A stretch of 64,000 nt of DNA from the human T2T-CHM13v2.0 reference genome, Homo sapiens (GCF_009914755.1 NC_060933.1), one strand, 5' to 3'; counted from the first letter of the stretch, positions 49,540 to 63,304 are shown. A program made the numbers and translations. The notes: a model not told the origin generated them from the sequence alone.

Positions 49540-51785
49540 AGTATTGATGACTACCTTCTTCTACTACCCATTTTTTTATTCCCTTTGCCTTCAGCAAGCA
49601 CCTCAGCAGGTCATGGATTTTTCCCTGATGGAATAACCCAACCCTTCATTCCTGAAGGGTCTGGGTAATTTGTAGTCCTGCCTGGATTGGGCTGTTGTAG
49701 TTTCCCATTGACCTCAATCACAGGGCATGGTAATACTAAGAGAGACCCTAATGGATCTCCTGTATTCCATGCATAGTCTTCCTTATCTCCGTTGTAAAGT
49801 AGTAGACTGATTTCATCTTCACAGTCCGGGTCAATCATCCCAGCCAACACTGTAACTCCCTTCTTAGCCTATTGACTTAGAAATAGGAGGAACCCAAAGT
49901 GTGCAGGTGACAATCTTAACTTCCAGTTCAGTGAAATTGTTGTGTCTCCTGGTGGCAGCGTTCCTCCCTCTGGAACTAAGACGTCTAGGCCAGCAGAACG
50001 TAATGTCGTGGGAAAAGGTAGCAAAAATTTTGCTAGTGGATCACTGGGGGTGATGGTGAGTGGTGCCACTTCCACTTCTACTCCTTGATTCCTGGACCTG
50101 TGAATCTTGGCTATGGGAGAAGCAGTACCATATATTGGATGCTGATGCAGAGCATACACAGCCTTCTGGAGAACTTTGCCCCAACCCTGCAAAGTATTGT
50201 CACCTAGTTGGTTTTGTAATTTTGACTTCAAAAGGCCATTCTACCATTCTATCGATCCAGCTGCTTCAGGATGATGGGAAACATGGTAAGACCAGTGAAT
50301 CCCATGAACATGATGAGCCCACTGCCACACTTCTTTAGCTGTAAGGTGAGTGTCTTGGTCAGAGGCAATGCTGTGTGGAATACCATGATGGTGGATAAGG
50401 CATTCTGTGAGTCCATGGATGGTAGTCTTGGCAGAAGCATTGCGAGCAGGATAGGCAAACCCATATCCAGGGTAAGTGTCTATTTCAGTGAGGACAAGCC
50501 GCTGCCCTTTCCATGACTGAGGAGGTCAAATATTATCAACCTGCCGCCAAGTAGCTGGCTGATCACCCCAAGGAATGGTGCCATATTGAGGGCTCAGTGT
50601 TGGTTTCTGTTGCTGGCAAATGGGCACTCAGCAGTGGCTGTAGCCATGTCAGCCTTGGTGAGTGGAAGTCCATGTTGCTAAGCCCATGCATAACCTCCAT
50701 CCCTGTCACCATGGTCACTTTGTTCATGGGCCGATTGAGCGATAACGGGTGGCTGGGGAAAGAAGCTGAGTGGTGTCCATAGAATGGGTCATCCTATCCA
50801 CTTGGTTATTAAAATCCTCCTCTGCAGAGGTCACCTTTTGGTGAGCACTCACATGGGATACAAATATCTTCACAGTTCTTGACCACTCAGAGAGGTCCAT
50901 CCACATACCTCCTCCTCACATTTCTTTGTCACCAATTTTCCAATCATGCTTCTTCCAAGTCCCTGACCATCCAGCCAATGGTTATTGATGGTTATTGGCT
51001 ACAGCCCATGAGTCAGTATATAATCGCACATCTGTCCATTTCTCTTTCCATGCAAAGTGCACAACCAGGTGCACTTCTTGAAGTTCTGCCCACTGGAAAG
51101 ATTCCTTTTCACCACCGTCCTTCAGGAATTTCCTAGAAAGGGGCTGTGGTGCTGCAGCTATCCACTTTCGGGTAGTGCCTGCATATCATGCAAAACCATC
51201 TGTGAACCAGGCCCTAGTCTTCTCTTCCTCTGTCAACTGATCACAGGGAACTCCCCATGAGGACATCTGTACAGGCTGGGGGAGAGAAGGTAGGGTGGCA
51301 GGAGTGGAGACCATGGGCATTTGAGCCACTTCCTCATGTAACTTACTTGTGCCTTCAGGACCTGCTAGAGCTTGATCAGGTATATGCCACTTCCACTTGA
51401 TGATGAAATGCTGCTGTGCACGACCCACTTTGTGGATAGATGGGTCAGAAAGCACGCAGTTCATGGAGGCAGTTCAGGTCACGTGGTGACTTGATGACCC
51501 ATAGTCAAACGTTCAGTTTCCACCAAAGCCCAGTAACAGGCCAAGAGGTATCTCTCAAAAGGACAGTAGTTATCTGCAGAAGATGGCAGGGCCTTGCTCC
51601 AAAATCCTAGAGGACTCCATTGTGATTCACCTATGGGGGCCTGCCAAAGGCTTCAAACAGTATCCCCATTTACCACTGACACCTCAAGCACCATTGAATC
51701 TGCTGGGTCATATGGCCCAAGTGGCAGGGCAGCTTGGACAGCAGCCTGGATCTGTTGCAGATCCTTCTCCTGTTCTGGACCCCAC
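49540..51785 (-). pseudogene. HERV-L pol remnant (RT-RNase H connection, RNase H, integrase, dUTPase)
   Basis: Minus ORFs: EEKTRAWFTDG, VKIFVSHVSAHQK (RNase H); LQGWGKVLQKAVYAL (IN); TLRSAGLDVLVPEGG and LAGMIDPDCEDEI (dUTPase). Confidence 0.92.
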
Positions 51786-51801
51786 TCTCGGTACCAAAAT
51801 C

Positions 51802-52244
51802 TGTATTATTCAGGGTTCTCTAGAGGGACAGAACTAATGGAATATATAGATAGATATATGGGAGTTTATTAAGTAGTATTAACTCAAACGATCACAAGAT
51901 CCCACAATTGGCCATCTGCAAGCTGAAGAGCAAGGAAGCAAGTCCAAGTCCCAAAGCTGAAAACCTTGAAGTCCGATGTTCAAGGGGAGGAAGCATCAGC
52001 ACAGGAGAAACATGTAGGCTGGGAGGCTAGGCCAGTCCAGCCTTTTCACATTTTTCTGCCTGTTTTATATTCTGGCCACACTGGAAGCTGATTAGATGGT
52101 GCCTACCCAGATTAAGGGTGGGTCTACCTTTCTCAGTCTGCTCACTGAAATGCCTCCTTTGGCAACACCCTCACAGACACACCCAGGATCACTACTTTGC
52201 ATCCTTCAATCCAATCCAGTTGACACTCAGTATTAACCATCACA
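51802..52244 (-). repeat. MLT2A 5' LTR
   Basis: Followed on the minus strand by the HERV-L internal start gattttggtacc (PBS region). Confidence 0.93.
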
Positions 52245-53204
52245 GTGATGAAAGGTGAATCATAAATTGGGGCCACAGCAAGGCACAGGAAAGGGCATGT
52301 GTTTCAGGCCTAAGTTTGAATCCTGGCTTCTTTGTTTATTGGCTATGTCAACTCAGGCAACTTTCTTAATCTCCCTGAACTGCCAAGAATTCAAGCTGTG
52401 TTCAAATAGGAGAAATAGGTTCATGATTAACTAGTAAGGTGTGATAACATAATAGGATGCATTGTTTCCCATATAATAACATGTAATAATATAAGGTAAT
52501 TAAGATATAAAATAATTATAATGAATTTTAATATATTATAAGAATTAGCATTACTATATGGGTACAATGGGTTCTCATCACAGAGACTACAGCAGTCTGA
52601 AATCTGCGTGAACATGGACATTCTAGACCTTCTAGCATAATAAACAAGTTTACATAAGAAACAATTCCCTGTGCACTGCAGTTTGTAGGTTCAAACTTTG
52701 AGGTGACCCAAAGGTACTCCATCAATTTCAATACTTCTCTATTTTAATGATGAACAAATGAAACATTAGTAGATACAATTGTAAGAGGAAAGTTACTTAT
52801 CACTACCACTAAACTCCTTGTACTTGAGTAGAGATTCCTAAAGCCTTTTTCTCTAACTAGATTGTGTTTTCTTTGCTGACTTTCTCATCTGTAGAATGGG
52901 GACAATAGAGGGACAACATGCCACCATTACAAGAATTGAACAAGCACCGAGCATGACACTCTACAAATCCGAACTATAGCTAATTTTATACACACAGAGG
53001 CATTCATGTGTTTTGTATCACAGCAGGTTCAGAGTTTACAAGCTCTCAGCAGAATTATCACAATTATAGAACAATTGAATTGCTTTGAATAAAATAAAAA
53101 CCACAGATTAAATATGGTGCCTTCAAAGATGGTATACCATGTTGTTAGTCTCTTAATTAAAATTGTAGAGTAATATTTGCCTATTTATAGTGAGAACATT
53201 TTTG

Positions 53205-53523
53205 GGAGTTGTCATGTAATGTTTGTATCCCTCCAAAATGCAATGTTGGAACCCTAACCCCAATGTGGTGGTATGTGAAGGTGGGGTCCCCAGGATGGGA
53301 TGAGTGTTTTACAAGAAGAGGTAGAGACACCAGAGCTCTCTCACTCTTTCCACTATGTGAAGACACAGACAGAAGGTGGCCATCTGTAAGCTAGGAAGAA
53401 AGTCTTCACCAAGAACCCTGATCTCAAACTTCCAGCCACCAGAACTCTGAGAAAATAAATGTCATTTGTTGAAGCCACCTAGCCTACAGTATTTTGTTAT
53501 AGCAGCCTGAGGAGACTAGCACA
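53205..53523 (+). mobile_element. MLT1A-like MaLR LTR
   Basis: tgtttgtatccctccaaaat...agaaggtggccatctgtaagc...ttttgttatagcagcctga...actagcaca. Confidence 0.82.
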
Positions 53524-53813
53524 GAAGCCATTGTAAACATATTGGGTTAATATTGGTTATTCTACTTACCAACTCAAGTCTGAAAAAGTAAAAACAAAAA
53601 TAAAAAAAAAGGGACCAAAAATTATCAAGAATTCTGAAATTCTGAATTCTTCAGGTACAATTACAGGTAAAGTTACAATTCCCCAATAGGAGTCTAAGTT
53701 TCTTGAGAGTAAGGACTATTTATTGTTTATTATTGTCTATACTTACCATTTCTAATATAAGTAAATGTGTGGTAAAGTGACCAGATTCTGGATACCTCCC
53801 TCTTTTCTCCATC

Positions 53814-53921
53814 TTTTTTTTTTTTTTTTTTTTTTTTAAGATGAGATCTCACTATGTTGCCCAGGCTGGTCTCAAACTCCTGAGCTCAAGCTATCCTCCT
53901 GCCTTGGCTTCCCAAAGTGTG
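53814..53921 (-). mobile_element. 5'-truncated Alu left monomer (FLAM-C-like) with its own poly(A) and TSD
   Basis: T24 plus antisense left-arm sequence; TSD ttctccatcttt on both sides. Confidence 0.88.
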
Positions 53922-54084
53922 TTCTCCATCTTTAAATAGCATATGTAAGTAGAAAAAGAAACACATTAATTACCTAAATAGACACATCTATATTTAAAAC
54001 TGGATTTGTAGTAATAGAAGTTGCTATTCCAGAAATTTGCTCTTTGGCACATCAAATTATTTTCCATTCTTCTTGATGCATTGA

Positions 54085-54496
<412 letters not shown>

Positions 54497-54559
54497 TGAT
54501 CTGCCTCACATGCAGATTTAGAAAACACCTGTGTTCTGCTACACAGTTAAGAAGTTTTT

Positions 54560-55790
54560 CCATTCATCTATTGATGCACACTTAGGTTTATTCCATATCT
54601 TGGCTACTGTGCATACAATAATCATATTGGTGCAGATAACTCTTCAACATACTGATCTCCTTTTCTTTAAATATATACCCGGTGGTGGGACTGCCACATC
54701 ATTTTGTAATTATATTTTCAGTGTTTTGAGGAACCTCTGCACCATTCTCCACAGTAGCTGTACTAATTTACATTCCCACCAATAGCATATAAGAGTTCCC
54801 CTTTCCCTGTATCCTCACCAGCATTTATTTTTTACCTTTTTGACAATAGCTATTCTGAGGTAAATTGATAAAGAAAATGTGGTACATGCATACAATGGAA
54901 TACTGCTCAGCTGTAAAAAAGAATGAAATTTTGTTGTTTGTAGCAACATAGATGAACCTGAAGAACATCATGTTAAGTGAAATAAGCCAGGCACAAAAAG
55001 ATAAATACCACACATGCTCTTATATATATGTAGAAGCTAAAAAAGTTGATCTTATAGAAGTAGAGGGTAGAATAGTGGTTACCAGAGGTTGGACAGGATA
55101 GTGGAGAGGAGGAATAGGGACAGGTAAATTAAGGGATACAAAATCATAGCTAGATAGGAGAAATAAACTCCAGCATTCTATACCACTGTGCGGTGACTGT
55201 GGCTAACAGCAATGCATTGTATATTTTCAATTAGTCAGAAGAGGATTTTGAATATTCCCAAAACAAAAAAGTGATAAATATTTGAAGTGACAGATATGTT
55301 CATTACCCTGATTTGATCCTTACACATTGTGTAAATGTTTCAAAATATCACTCTGTACCCCATCAATATGTGCAATTATATGTGCAATAGTCTGGTCTCA
55401 CATTGCTATAAAGAACAACCTGAGACTGGATAATTTATAAAGAAAAGAGGTTTAATTTACTCACAGTTCTGAGGGCTGTACAGGAAGCATGACTAGGGAA
55501 GCCTCAGGAAACTTACAATCATGGCAGAAGGCGAAGAGGAAGCAGACACGTCTTACATGGCCAGAGAAGGAAGAGAGCGAAAAGGGAGGTGTTACACACT
55601 TTTAAATAACCAGATCTCATGAGAACTCACTCACTATCATGAGAACAGCAAGGGGGAAATGCGCCCCCATGATCCAATCACCTCTCACCAGGCTCCCCTC
55701 CAACATTGGGGATTATAATTGACAGGAGATTTGGGTGGGGATATAAATCCAAACTGTAACAATGTGTCAATTAAAAATAATTTTTTAAAA
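54560..55790 (+). mobile_element. L1MA 3' end with a 5' inversion (54560-54860 antisense), interrupted by an MST LTR
   Basis: An antisense ORF2-end segment is joined to the sense gataaagaaaatgtggtac...3'UTR. Flanks aagaagttttt / aaaaagttttt look like a TSD. Confidence 0.85.
55383..55761 (-). mobile_element. MSTA-like MaLR solo LTR
   Basis: ctcacattgctataaagaacaacctgagactgg...gagatttgggtgggg...aaactgtaaca; TSD atgtg. Confidence 0.9.
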
Positions 55791-55849
55791 AGTTTTTTTT
55801 ACTCAGTCGTTATTTCTGACATCTCAAAGTAGCTCCCCTACAGAGGAAA

Positions 55850-55985
55850 AAACACTAGAATTCAAATGTTAAACCCTGGGTTCAAACTCTGGTCTCATTA
55901 GTTACACAGGCTATGGCCATTTGTTACTTAACATTTCTGTAACTCAATTTCCTCATAAGTAAAACAAGAATCATGTCTTAAAATT
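55850..55985 (+). mobile_element. MIR fragment
   Basis: cctgggttcaaactctgg...ttacttaacatttctgtaactcaatttcctcataagtaaaa. Confidence 0.7.
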
Positions 55986-56133
55986 CCATGTTTTCTCACA
56001 GAGCCTGGAAAATGTTTTGTCAATTTTTCTTTGGTTTGATTGATTCATTGAGTGATTGATAAAATTATTACTGATAGTAGAAATTTTGCAGACCTCACAA
56101 AATTCTCCAGATATAAAGCTATAAAGCTGATAG

Positions 56134-56670
<537 letters not shown>

Positions 56671-57037
56671 TAGAAGAGGAGGAAAATAAGCAATTCAAGG
56701 TGCTGAAAGGTGAGCAGTAGAGACAAGACTGCTGGTCAAAGCAAGAGTGGGTTGGGTGCTAGTCTAGCTGTGGTCTGCCCTAACTGGTTTTAGAACTCTG
56801 TCTAATTGATCTAAGCAGTCAACAACACCTTATTGTCTACAATATCCCCAATTCCTACAACAGTGCCTAGAATATAATAGTTATGTAACAATTGTCTGTT
56901 AAAAATTTCTTTTGGTTTTCTTACCTATAAAATGAAGGGAATGGAACAAAACTATCCTATAGCTTCTGTCAATTGTAAAAATCTATTACATTTGAAGCTA
57001 ATTCTTTTATGAAAGAAAACCATGGGAACTGCCTTCC

Positions 57038-57107
57038 CCAACAAGGGTGGGTCTTCTGAAAGACTTTACTCTTATTTTACCTTTCAAGGTGCCAACAAGG
57101 GTGGGTC
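57038..57107. repeat. 16-bp direct repeat enclosing a 38-bp insert; 44 bp identical to 59218-59261
   Basis: ccaacaagggtgggtc at 57038-57053 and 57092-57107; tcttctgaaagactttactcttattttacctttcaaggtgccaa at 57052-57095 and 59218-59261. Confidence 0.95.
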
Positions 57108-58454
57108 AAAATTCAGCACCCCATTCCAGCCTGACATTTAACAAATTTGCTTCTCACTGGCCTCTCTTCCAACAAGTCATTCCTCAGAAGATGACTTTAG
57201 TTATTTTGGTTATTATTCTCTTATGTAAGCTATCAAAATTTTTTAAAGATTTCTGCTCTCTCTGGGGCTTCTGACAAGGGACAGGTAACAGATACAGGGC
57301 ATTAATAAATCAGTATTATCTGAACAGTTACTCCTATCACAGCCTGGATTTGAATAGTCCTGAATTCAAATAGTGTTTCATCCAAGCACATTGTTTCCTC
57401 AGTATCTGAAGTTTCAAAGAGCAATCAGTGTCAAAGATCCAAATGTTAAAATGCAGGAGCACTTTGGAAATGCAATTATGGTTTTTGCCTATAGATAATT
57501 AACAATTGAAAAAGTTACCTCTACTGAGATTTTCTGGGTAGGCATCACTGAGCCTTACGTGCTCTGAAAGACCTAGGTGTTCAAGCTACCAACAGGGAAG
57601 CCTGGGATGTGTGTTGCTGTTCCTATAGAAGTAGGGCTTTGTATTGAGTGGGCTTTCCATGCTACCTCTTCATCCCCCAAGCCCATCCTCCTACCTCCAT
57701 CAACTACAGAACACTTCTGCACAACATGGTAACTCAGAGCAGCAGACTAAGGTCATGAAATGGGTCTTTCTGGTGCATGCAAAGGGGCATCATAAGAATC
57801 AAACCTACAGACTTTCACTTGGCATTCCTCTAAAGAAATACAAGACAGCTGAGACCGACTTCAACAAGTATTGAAATGATAAACATCACAGCACAAAAGT
57901 GTTGAGTCTGACTGAATACAGAGACATTTCTAACAGTTACAGCTGCTCAAAAACGAAATAGGATTCCTTATAGTGTGGTCTATGCCTCGTCACTGAATTT
58001 GTTTAAGCAGAGCCATTGGGCCTGTTATCAATAGGATTCCCATATAAAGTGGAAGACTCACTTTTTTGGTCTTCCAAATAATCGGGTTTCTTTCTTTCTC
58101 TGTGTTTGACTGCAATGACAAGTTTGTAGACACAAGGGGACAGAAACTGCTCAAAGAATTTTGCATAGTATTTTTCCTCTTAAATCTAACGCCAAATATA
58201 TCTACATTTAGCCTGTTATACTTTAGTGCTCTGTGGAACTCTTCTGTGGTCTGAGCACCCCTGAGCCCCATAGCATGCGCTATTTTCTCCATGACTGGGC
58301 AAATGACAGAGGCATCACAACTTATTAGTTCCATCACGTCCCCCCAAAACACACACGCACAATTATTACATAGCTCTACTAGGGCATTATAAGCCCCATT
58401 TGGAAATTTTCTCAAACGTTCCCCTTAACAGTCTGTCTTCCTCTTAAGGAAGGA

Positions 58455-58690
58455 CAATGACTAATGTTTGTTGAGTACCAAGCAATATGCCAAGAGATTC
58501 AGACACCTTAATTTCATCTATAACAACACTTTGAAGTCGTGTCAACATGTCCATTTAATAAATAAAAAACCTGAGACCCAGAGAGGTTACGTCAAATTCA
58601 CAGTCACACCACAAATAACTACTAAAGCTAGATTTCAGACCTAGATTTAGAAGGCCTGAAAAATTTGACCTATTTCCCTATTCCACAATT
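58455..58690 (-). mobile_element. MIR
   Basis: ctaatgtttgttgagtacc...aaaacctgagacccagagaggtta...gtcacac. Confidence 0.78.
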
Positions 58691-58749
58691 TCTCTCTTCT
58701 GAAGCGCTTTGCTCAACTTTAGACCAAATGCTTTTAAAAGCTTCACACA

Positions 58750-59084
<335 letters not shown>

Positions 59085-60059
59085 TCACGCTAAGCAATGG
59101 TGTTTTGACCCTTCCTGGAAAAACCTCTTAAAACTCTTACTGCCAAGTTTTCATGTTTCCACTGCACTTGAGTAACAAATGGTACATGGCTTGAACATAC
59201 ATAAAACGAATGCTAAATCTTCTGAAAGACTTTACTCTTATTTTACCTTTCAAGGTGCCAAATGACCATGACTTTGGAATCTCTTGTGTTCTAAATGTCC
59301 CGCCAGACCTATTGAGAACTCTAGCATATAAAAGTGTGATCATAAACCAGGAAATGAAGACTTGCCTTTTAAAATATCGTGCATCTTTATTTTACCCATA
59401 AACTTATTTCTTCAATAATTTTTTGAAAGAAAAAAAATCATTAGAATGCATATGACCTAAAGGAAAAAATCTTGTTCCCTGAAAACTAAGGTGAAAAAGA
59501 ATTTGGAAGTGCAGGCAGAGAATTGGTAGTGAACACCTCAACTGCAGAAAACTCACCCACATCTATCAGCTCTCGGAGCCAGTGCCCTAAAAGAGAACTG
59601 ACACAAAATTACACAAGAAGTTATGAGGCTCAAGATACTGAAGCTCTTCTTGGGAAGAAAATCGTCTTTCATTTTCAGCTGACCCCAAGAAGACAAGAGG
59701 TGGAGTAAAACCCAGGAGATGACAGTCTGAGCAACTGAGGCAGAGTTTCAGTGTAGTGGGAGTGAGAACAAGGTGTATTTTTTGAAAATGGAACATCTGT
59801 ATAGATTCTGCTGAAATTAACATGAATGGCTCTTGTTCAGCTAGTATTTCAGGAGCTCCTACATGCTCCTCGTGGGGAAAAGGGTGCCCAGATCATTGAT
59901 CTAGCATCAGAGCCACTAGTGGTAGATCAGACTACAGAGCAAGACTCACTGTCAGGCCAGACTCACAGGTGCTTTTGAACATAAGACCTCTGTTCCTATG
60001 CTGTCTGAAGACTCATGAATTTAACAGAACTAGTTCGGGGAATTGAGACCAAGAGAAAA

Positions 60060-60290
60060 AAGAAATGGGGAATTAGCAGCATTCGATGATAATATCTTAG
60101 TGTTCAGAGGAGAGTATTTTATATTCTCAACTAGGGCATTGGAAAAAGAAATGAACCTTGGCTTCTATCTTATGCCATATATAAAAGTTAATTTGAGAAA
60201 TTATGATGCCTTTAGAAGAAAACATAGGAAACATTTTTTGCAAAATGAAAAACTTTCTTGGATAAGACAAAAATACAAATTATAGAAATC
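60060..60290 (+). mobile_element. Old L1M ORF2 fragment
   Basis: aatgaaccttggcttctatcttatgccatatataaaagttaatt...tagaagaaaacatagga. Confidence 0.55.
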
Positions 60291-60550
60291 ACAAGCGACA
60301 GGCACAAAGTGATGTGTGTTATCTCCAAGACAATGTCCCATACAGGAAGATGTCTTCTCCTCTATGAAGTCTTCCTTTTGTTTTCATTTGGACAAACACC
60401 ACAGACAAACACACACACATGCACAGTGATATTTTCTTCCTCTTGATTCCTGTTGCAATTATTGTGTGAGTTAATTTAAAATTAGCACATATTTATGATA
60501 GCACACAGTGCTATCATATTTATTATGTAGACTTCTTTATTGTCTGCCAG

Positions 60551-60755
60551 CAGTGCTGTATGAGTAAATGTTTACCAACCAGCTCTCTAGGGGAAACAGC
60601 CCTGATACATAACATTTACCAATTTATTTGCTGTAAATGTTCCACCACAGCCTATTTCAAGCTATCACCATGAAGTCATTGAATTCAGAGTTAGAAAGAG
60701 ATCCCATGACTGGCATGTGTGTGAGCCAGCACAAGCTGCTTTCAGCATATCCCTG
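60551..60755. mobile_element. MER63A-like hAT-Blackjack MITE
   Basis: cagtgctgtatgagtaaatgtttaccaaccagctctc ... gagccagcacaagctgctttcagcatatccctg; about 205 bp. Confidence 0.7.
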
Positions 60756-60914
60756 TTTGCTTGTCTTCTCTCTAAGGAATCCCTGGTAGTATAATTGAAT
60801 ATAACATGGTGTCTCAGTTTCCCCATTTTGTACAAGTAGGTAAACATACTCAAAAGTGTAACTTTTGTAGAGGAGAATTGACTGTAAAGCTCTATTTAAT
60901 GTTTAGGAAACCAG

Positions 60915-61456
60915 AGTGGATGTTTGCAGAATGTATCTCCAACATCCATATCCTCTTCTAGAAATAGCCTCTGTTTTCCGTTTGGGACTCATCCCTACCT
61001 CATTTTCCACACACAATTCTAAGATTAAGCTTCTCGCCCATCTCAGAACCAGATCATGGGACCAAGACCAATCTTCACATCATATTGTCTATCCACAGTG
61101 ATTGGTTCAGTGATGGCATGTGGTTCAACAACAAGAAGATGCAGTGAGACCTTTGATGAAAATACTAAGAAATAATGGAGAATTTGTTCTCAGGGAGTTG
61201 AATTTGTGAGAATATAAGATCTGGAGCTGCCGGCATCTTCCATCTTGCCATCACATGACGCCTGTAAATGATGCAAATCTGGTAGAGAAAAAGAAAAATT
61301 AAATTATGGTGGCCATGTTTGAGTTCTGCATTTGAAAGTGTCAAAAGCAAAAGCAGCCTTAGACCTTATATTTACGTAAGCCAATAATTTTCCTTTTTCT
61401 TAAGCCAATTTGTGTTAATTTTTCTCTGATATATAGCGAAAAAATCCAATTAATAC
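60915..61456 (+). mobile_element. Old MaLR LTR (MLT1J/K-like)
   Basis: agtgattggttcagtgatggcatgtg...ggagctgccggcatcttccatcttgcca...agccaataattttccttttt...taataca. Confidence 0.65.
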
Positions 61457-63084
61457 AGAAACATTGGGAATGAATAAATTGGTCTGATTATAGACCATGG
61501 TGGTAGCTTCACAATTCTGTGCATTGGTCAAAATTTATTAAACTGTGCACCAAAAAGAGTGAATTTTATTGTAAGTTAAAAATAAATAAATTGGCTGGAA
61601 ATTTAAAAAAATAAATAAATCTCTGTATCAAGTTTGAGGTGCTGTCATGAAAACATCTTTCTATAGGAGTTGTTTTTCCTATTTTAGTCTCAATCACATG
61701 TAGTCAAGCTTTTGCATCCAACTTCTTCTTTTCCCTTGAACTACCATTTCTGAAATAATTCAACAATGATACAAAAAATGTACTAACCTAAAAAATCCAC
61801 AAGACCAAGGGGTAAGTCCCAGAAGAACCTGTCTCTAGAAGCTCAGCCAACAACACCTCACTATTCCTTTAAAAACACAATGCTTAACCAAACTTTCACC
61901 TTAAGTTGTTGCCTGGGTTTTTGTCCCTATTATTCCATAATTAATTTTTTAAAAGGCAGGCAAATTTCCACAGTTACATTGAGCTTAAAGCCACAAAAAT
62001 AGTATTTTTTCGTTTTTAAGATTTTGCAACTTTGACCCTACATGCATCACCAAAGAAAAACACTGGCTCTGTCTTTAAAAAGAGGAAGAGAAAGAAAAGA
62101 AGAGAAGGCTGACAAAAATGGATACAGTAAGGTATAGAGGCAGGGAGTGGTATATTTCTAGGAAAATAGATGGATGCATAGAGTGTTAGTGGGTGACCAC
62201 AGCATGGAGAGGGCAGACCCTTCCTTCTTCATGATGCATCTTCATCTCATATTATTCTCTGAGAGTACGAGGCCTCATTTCCTTCACAGAGCAGGGACAC
62301 AACTCGACAAAAACAGAGGAAGAGAAGAAAAACAAGGGGATAAAGAGGCATTTTTCCAGAATCTCAGAAATGGAGCTGAGCTTTTCTATAACACTTTAGT
62401 AGAAATAGAAAGGGGCCTAATGTTTATTCATGAGTCCTCAGTTTCTATTTCCCAGAAATATTTCCATATTACTCATGCCACAAGGCAAAGAAACAAAGCA
62501 CTGTCTGTCTTTTTTCCAATACCACACAATAAAGAATCAAACGTTCATCAGATCCTCACAGAATTCCAAGGTGCTATAAAGGTGATCCAAACTAAAGCCA
62601 TCTTAAGGAAAATGAGAATAACGATTATACTCTACCACTTCATTAATTCTTGGCTCAAAAATCCAAAGAGGGCTCCCTGTTCTAAATGGTGATCTTGAAA
62701 TCTCCAAACAGAACTCACTGCCACTATTTCTATAAATAATAAGATGTTACTTCTTCTTCGTCCCTAACCTATAAGTCCCTGTTCTTTCCCTTTCAGAAGA
62801 AAACTAAGTAATGAAACACTCATCTCCTCCCAAGACTCCTGTGCTAATTGTTACCTACCAGAAGTACTTTATTCAACACCTACTCAATTTTATAAACAAT
62901 GTTAACTCGTTTTTATGGTTACTTGAGAGACTATAGGTCATATAACTGAAAATTTTAAATTAATTCTTTCTTTTAACAATCAGTAAAATCTCTTCTATGC
63001 TGTACCATGAGAACAAAGAAACCCAAACAATACACAAACTATAGCAAATCTTATTCTTTTAAGCAGAAATAAATTGAGTATTAT

Positions 63085-63290
63085 TTTACCTTTTTCATTG
63101 TATATTGACAAATTATAGTTATATGTATTTATGAGGTACAAAGTAGTAGTATGATTTTTGAATACAATATGTAATCATTAAATTATGCTAATAAACATAT
63201 CTATCACCTCAAATATTTAACATTTTTGTGATGAAAATATGCAATACTTAATGATTAGCTATATTCAACATGCTGTGCTATATTTTAACT
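63085..63290 (-). mobile_element. L1MA 3' end fragment
   Basis: ttgacaaattatagttatatgtatttatgaggtacaaagt...catatctatcacctcaaatatt. Confidence 0.75.
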
Positions 63291-63304
63291 TTCTGACAAG
63301 AAAA

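Larger units (their letters stand above)
48748..52244 (-). mobile_element. HERV-L provirus with two MLT2A LTRs and a deleted internal region
   Basis: LTRs at 48748-49196 and 51802-52244 (tgtattagtcagggttctctagagggacagaactaat...tattaaccatcaca); TSD gtaat/gtgat; internal RNase H, IN and dUTPase ORF remnants. Confidence 0.95.

Noticed and set aside
57038-57107. Repeat-spacer-repeat resembling a minimal CRISPR unit
   Set aside because: Only two 16-bp repeats in a primate genome with no cas genes; template switching explains it.
57990-58415. 141-aa minus-strand ORF
   Set aside because: Non-ATG start and no recognisable homology.
62174-62692. 172-aa ORF in apparently non-repeat DNA
   Set aside because: No recognisable domain or splice structure; an ORF of this length can occur by chance in 64 kb. 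A BLASTP hit or ribosome-profiling signal would be needed.
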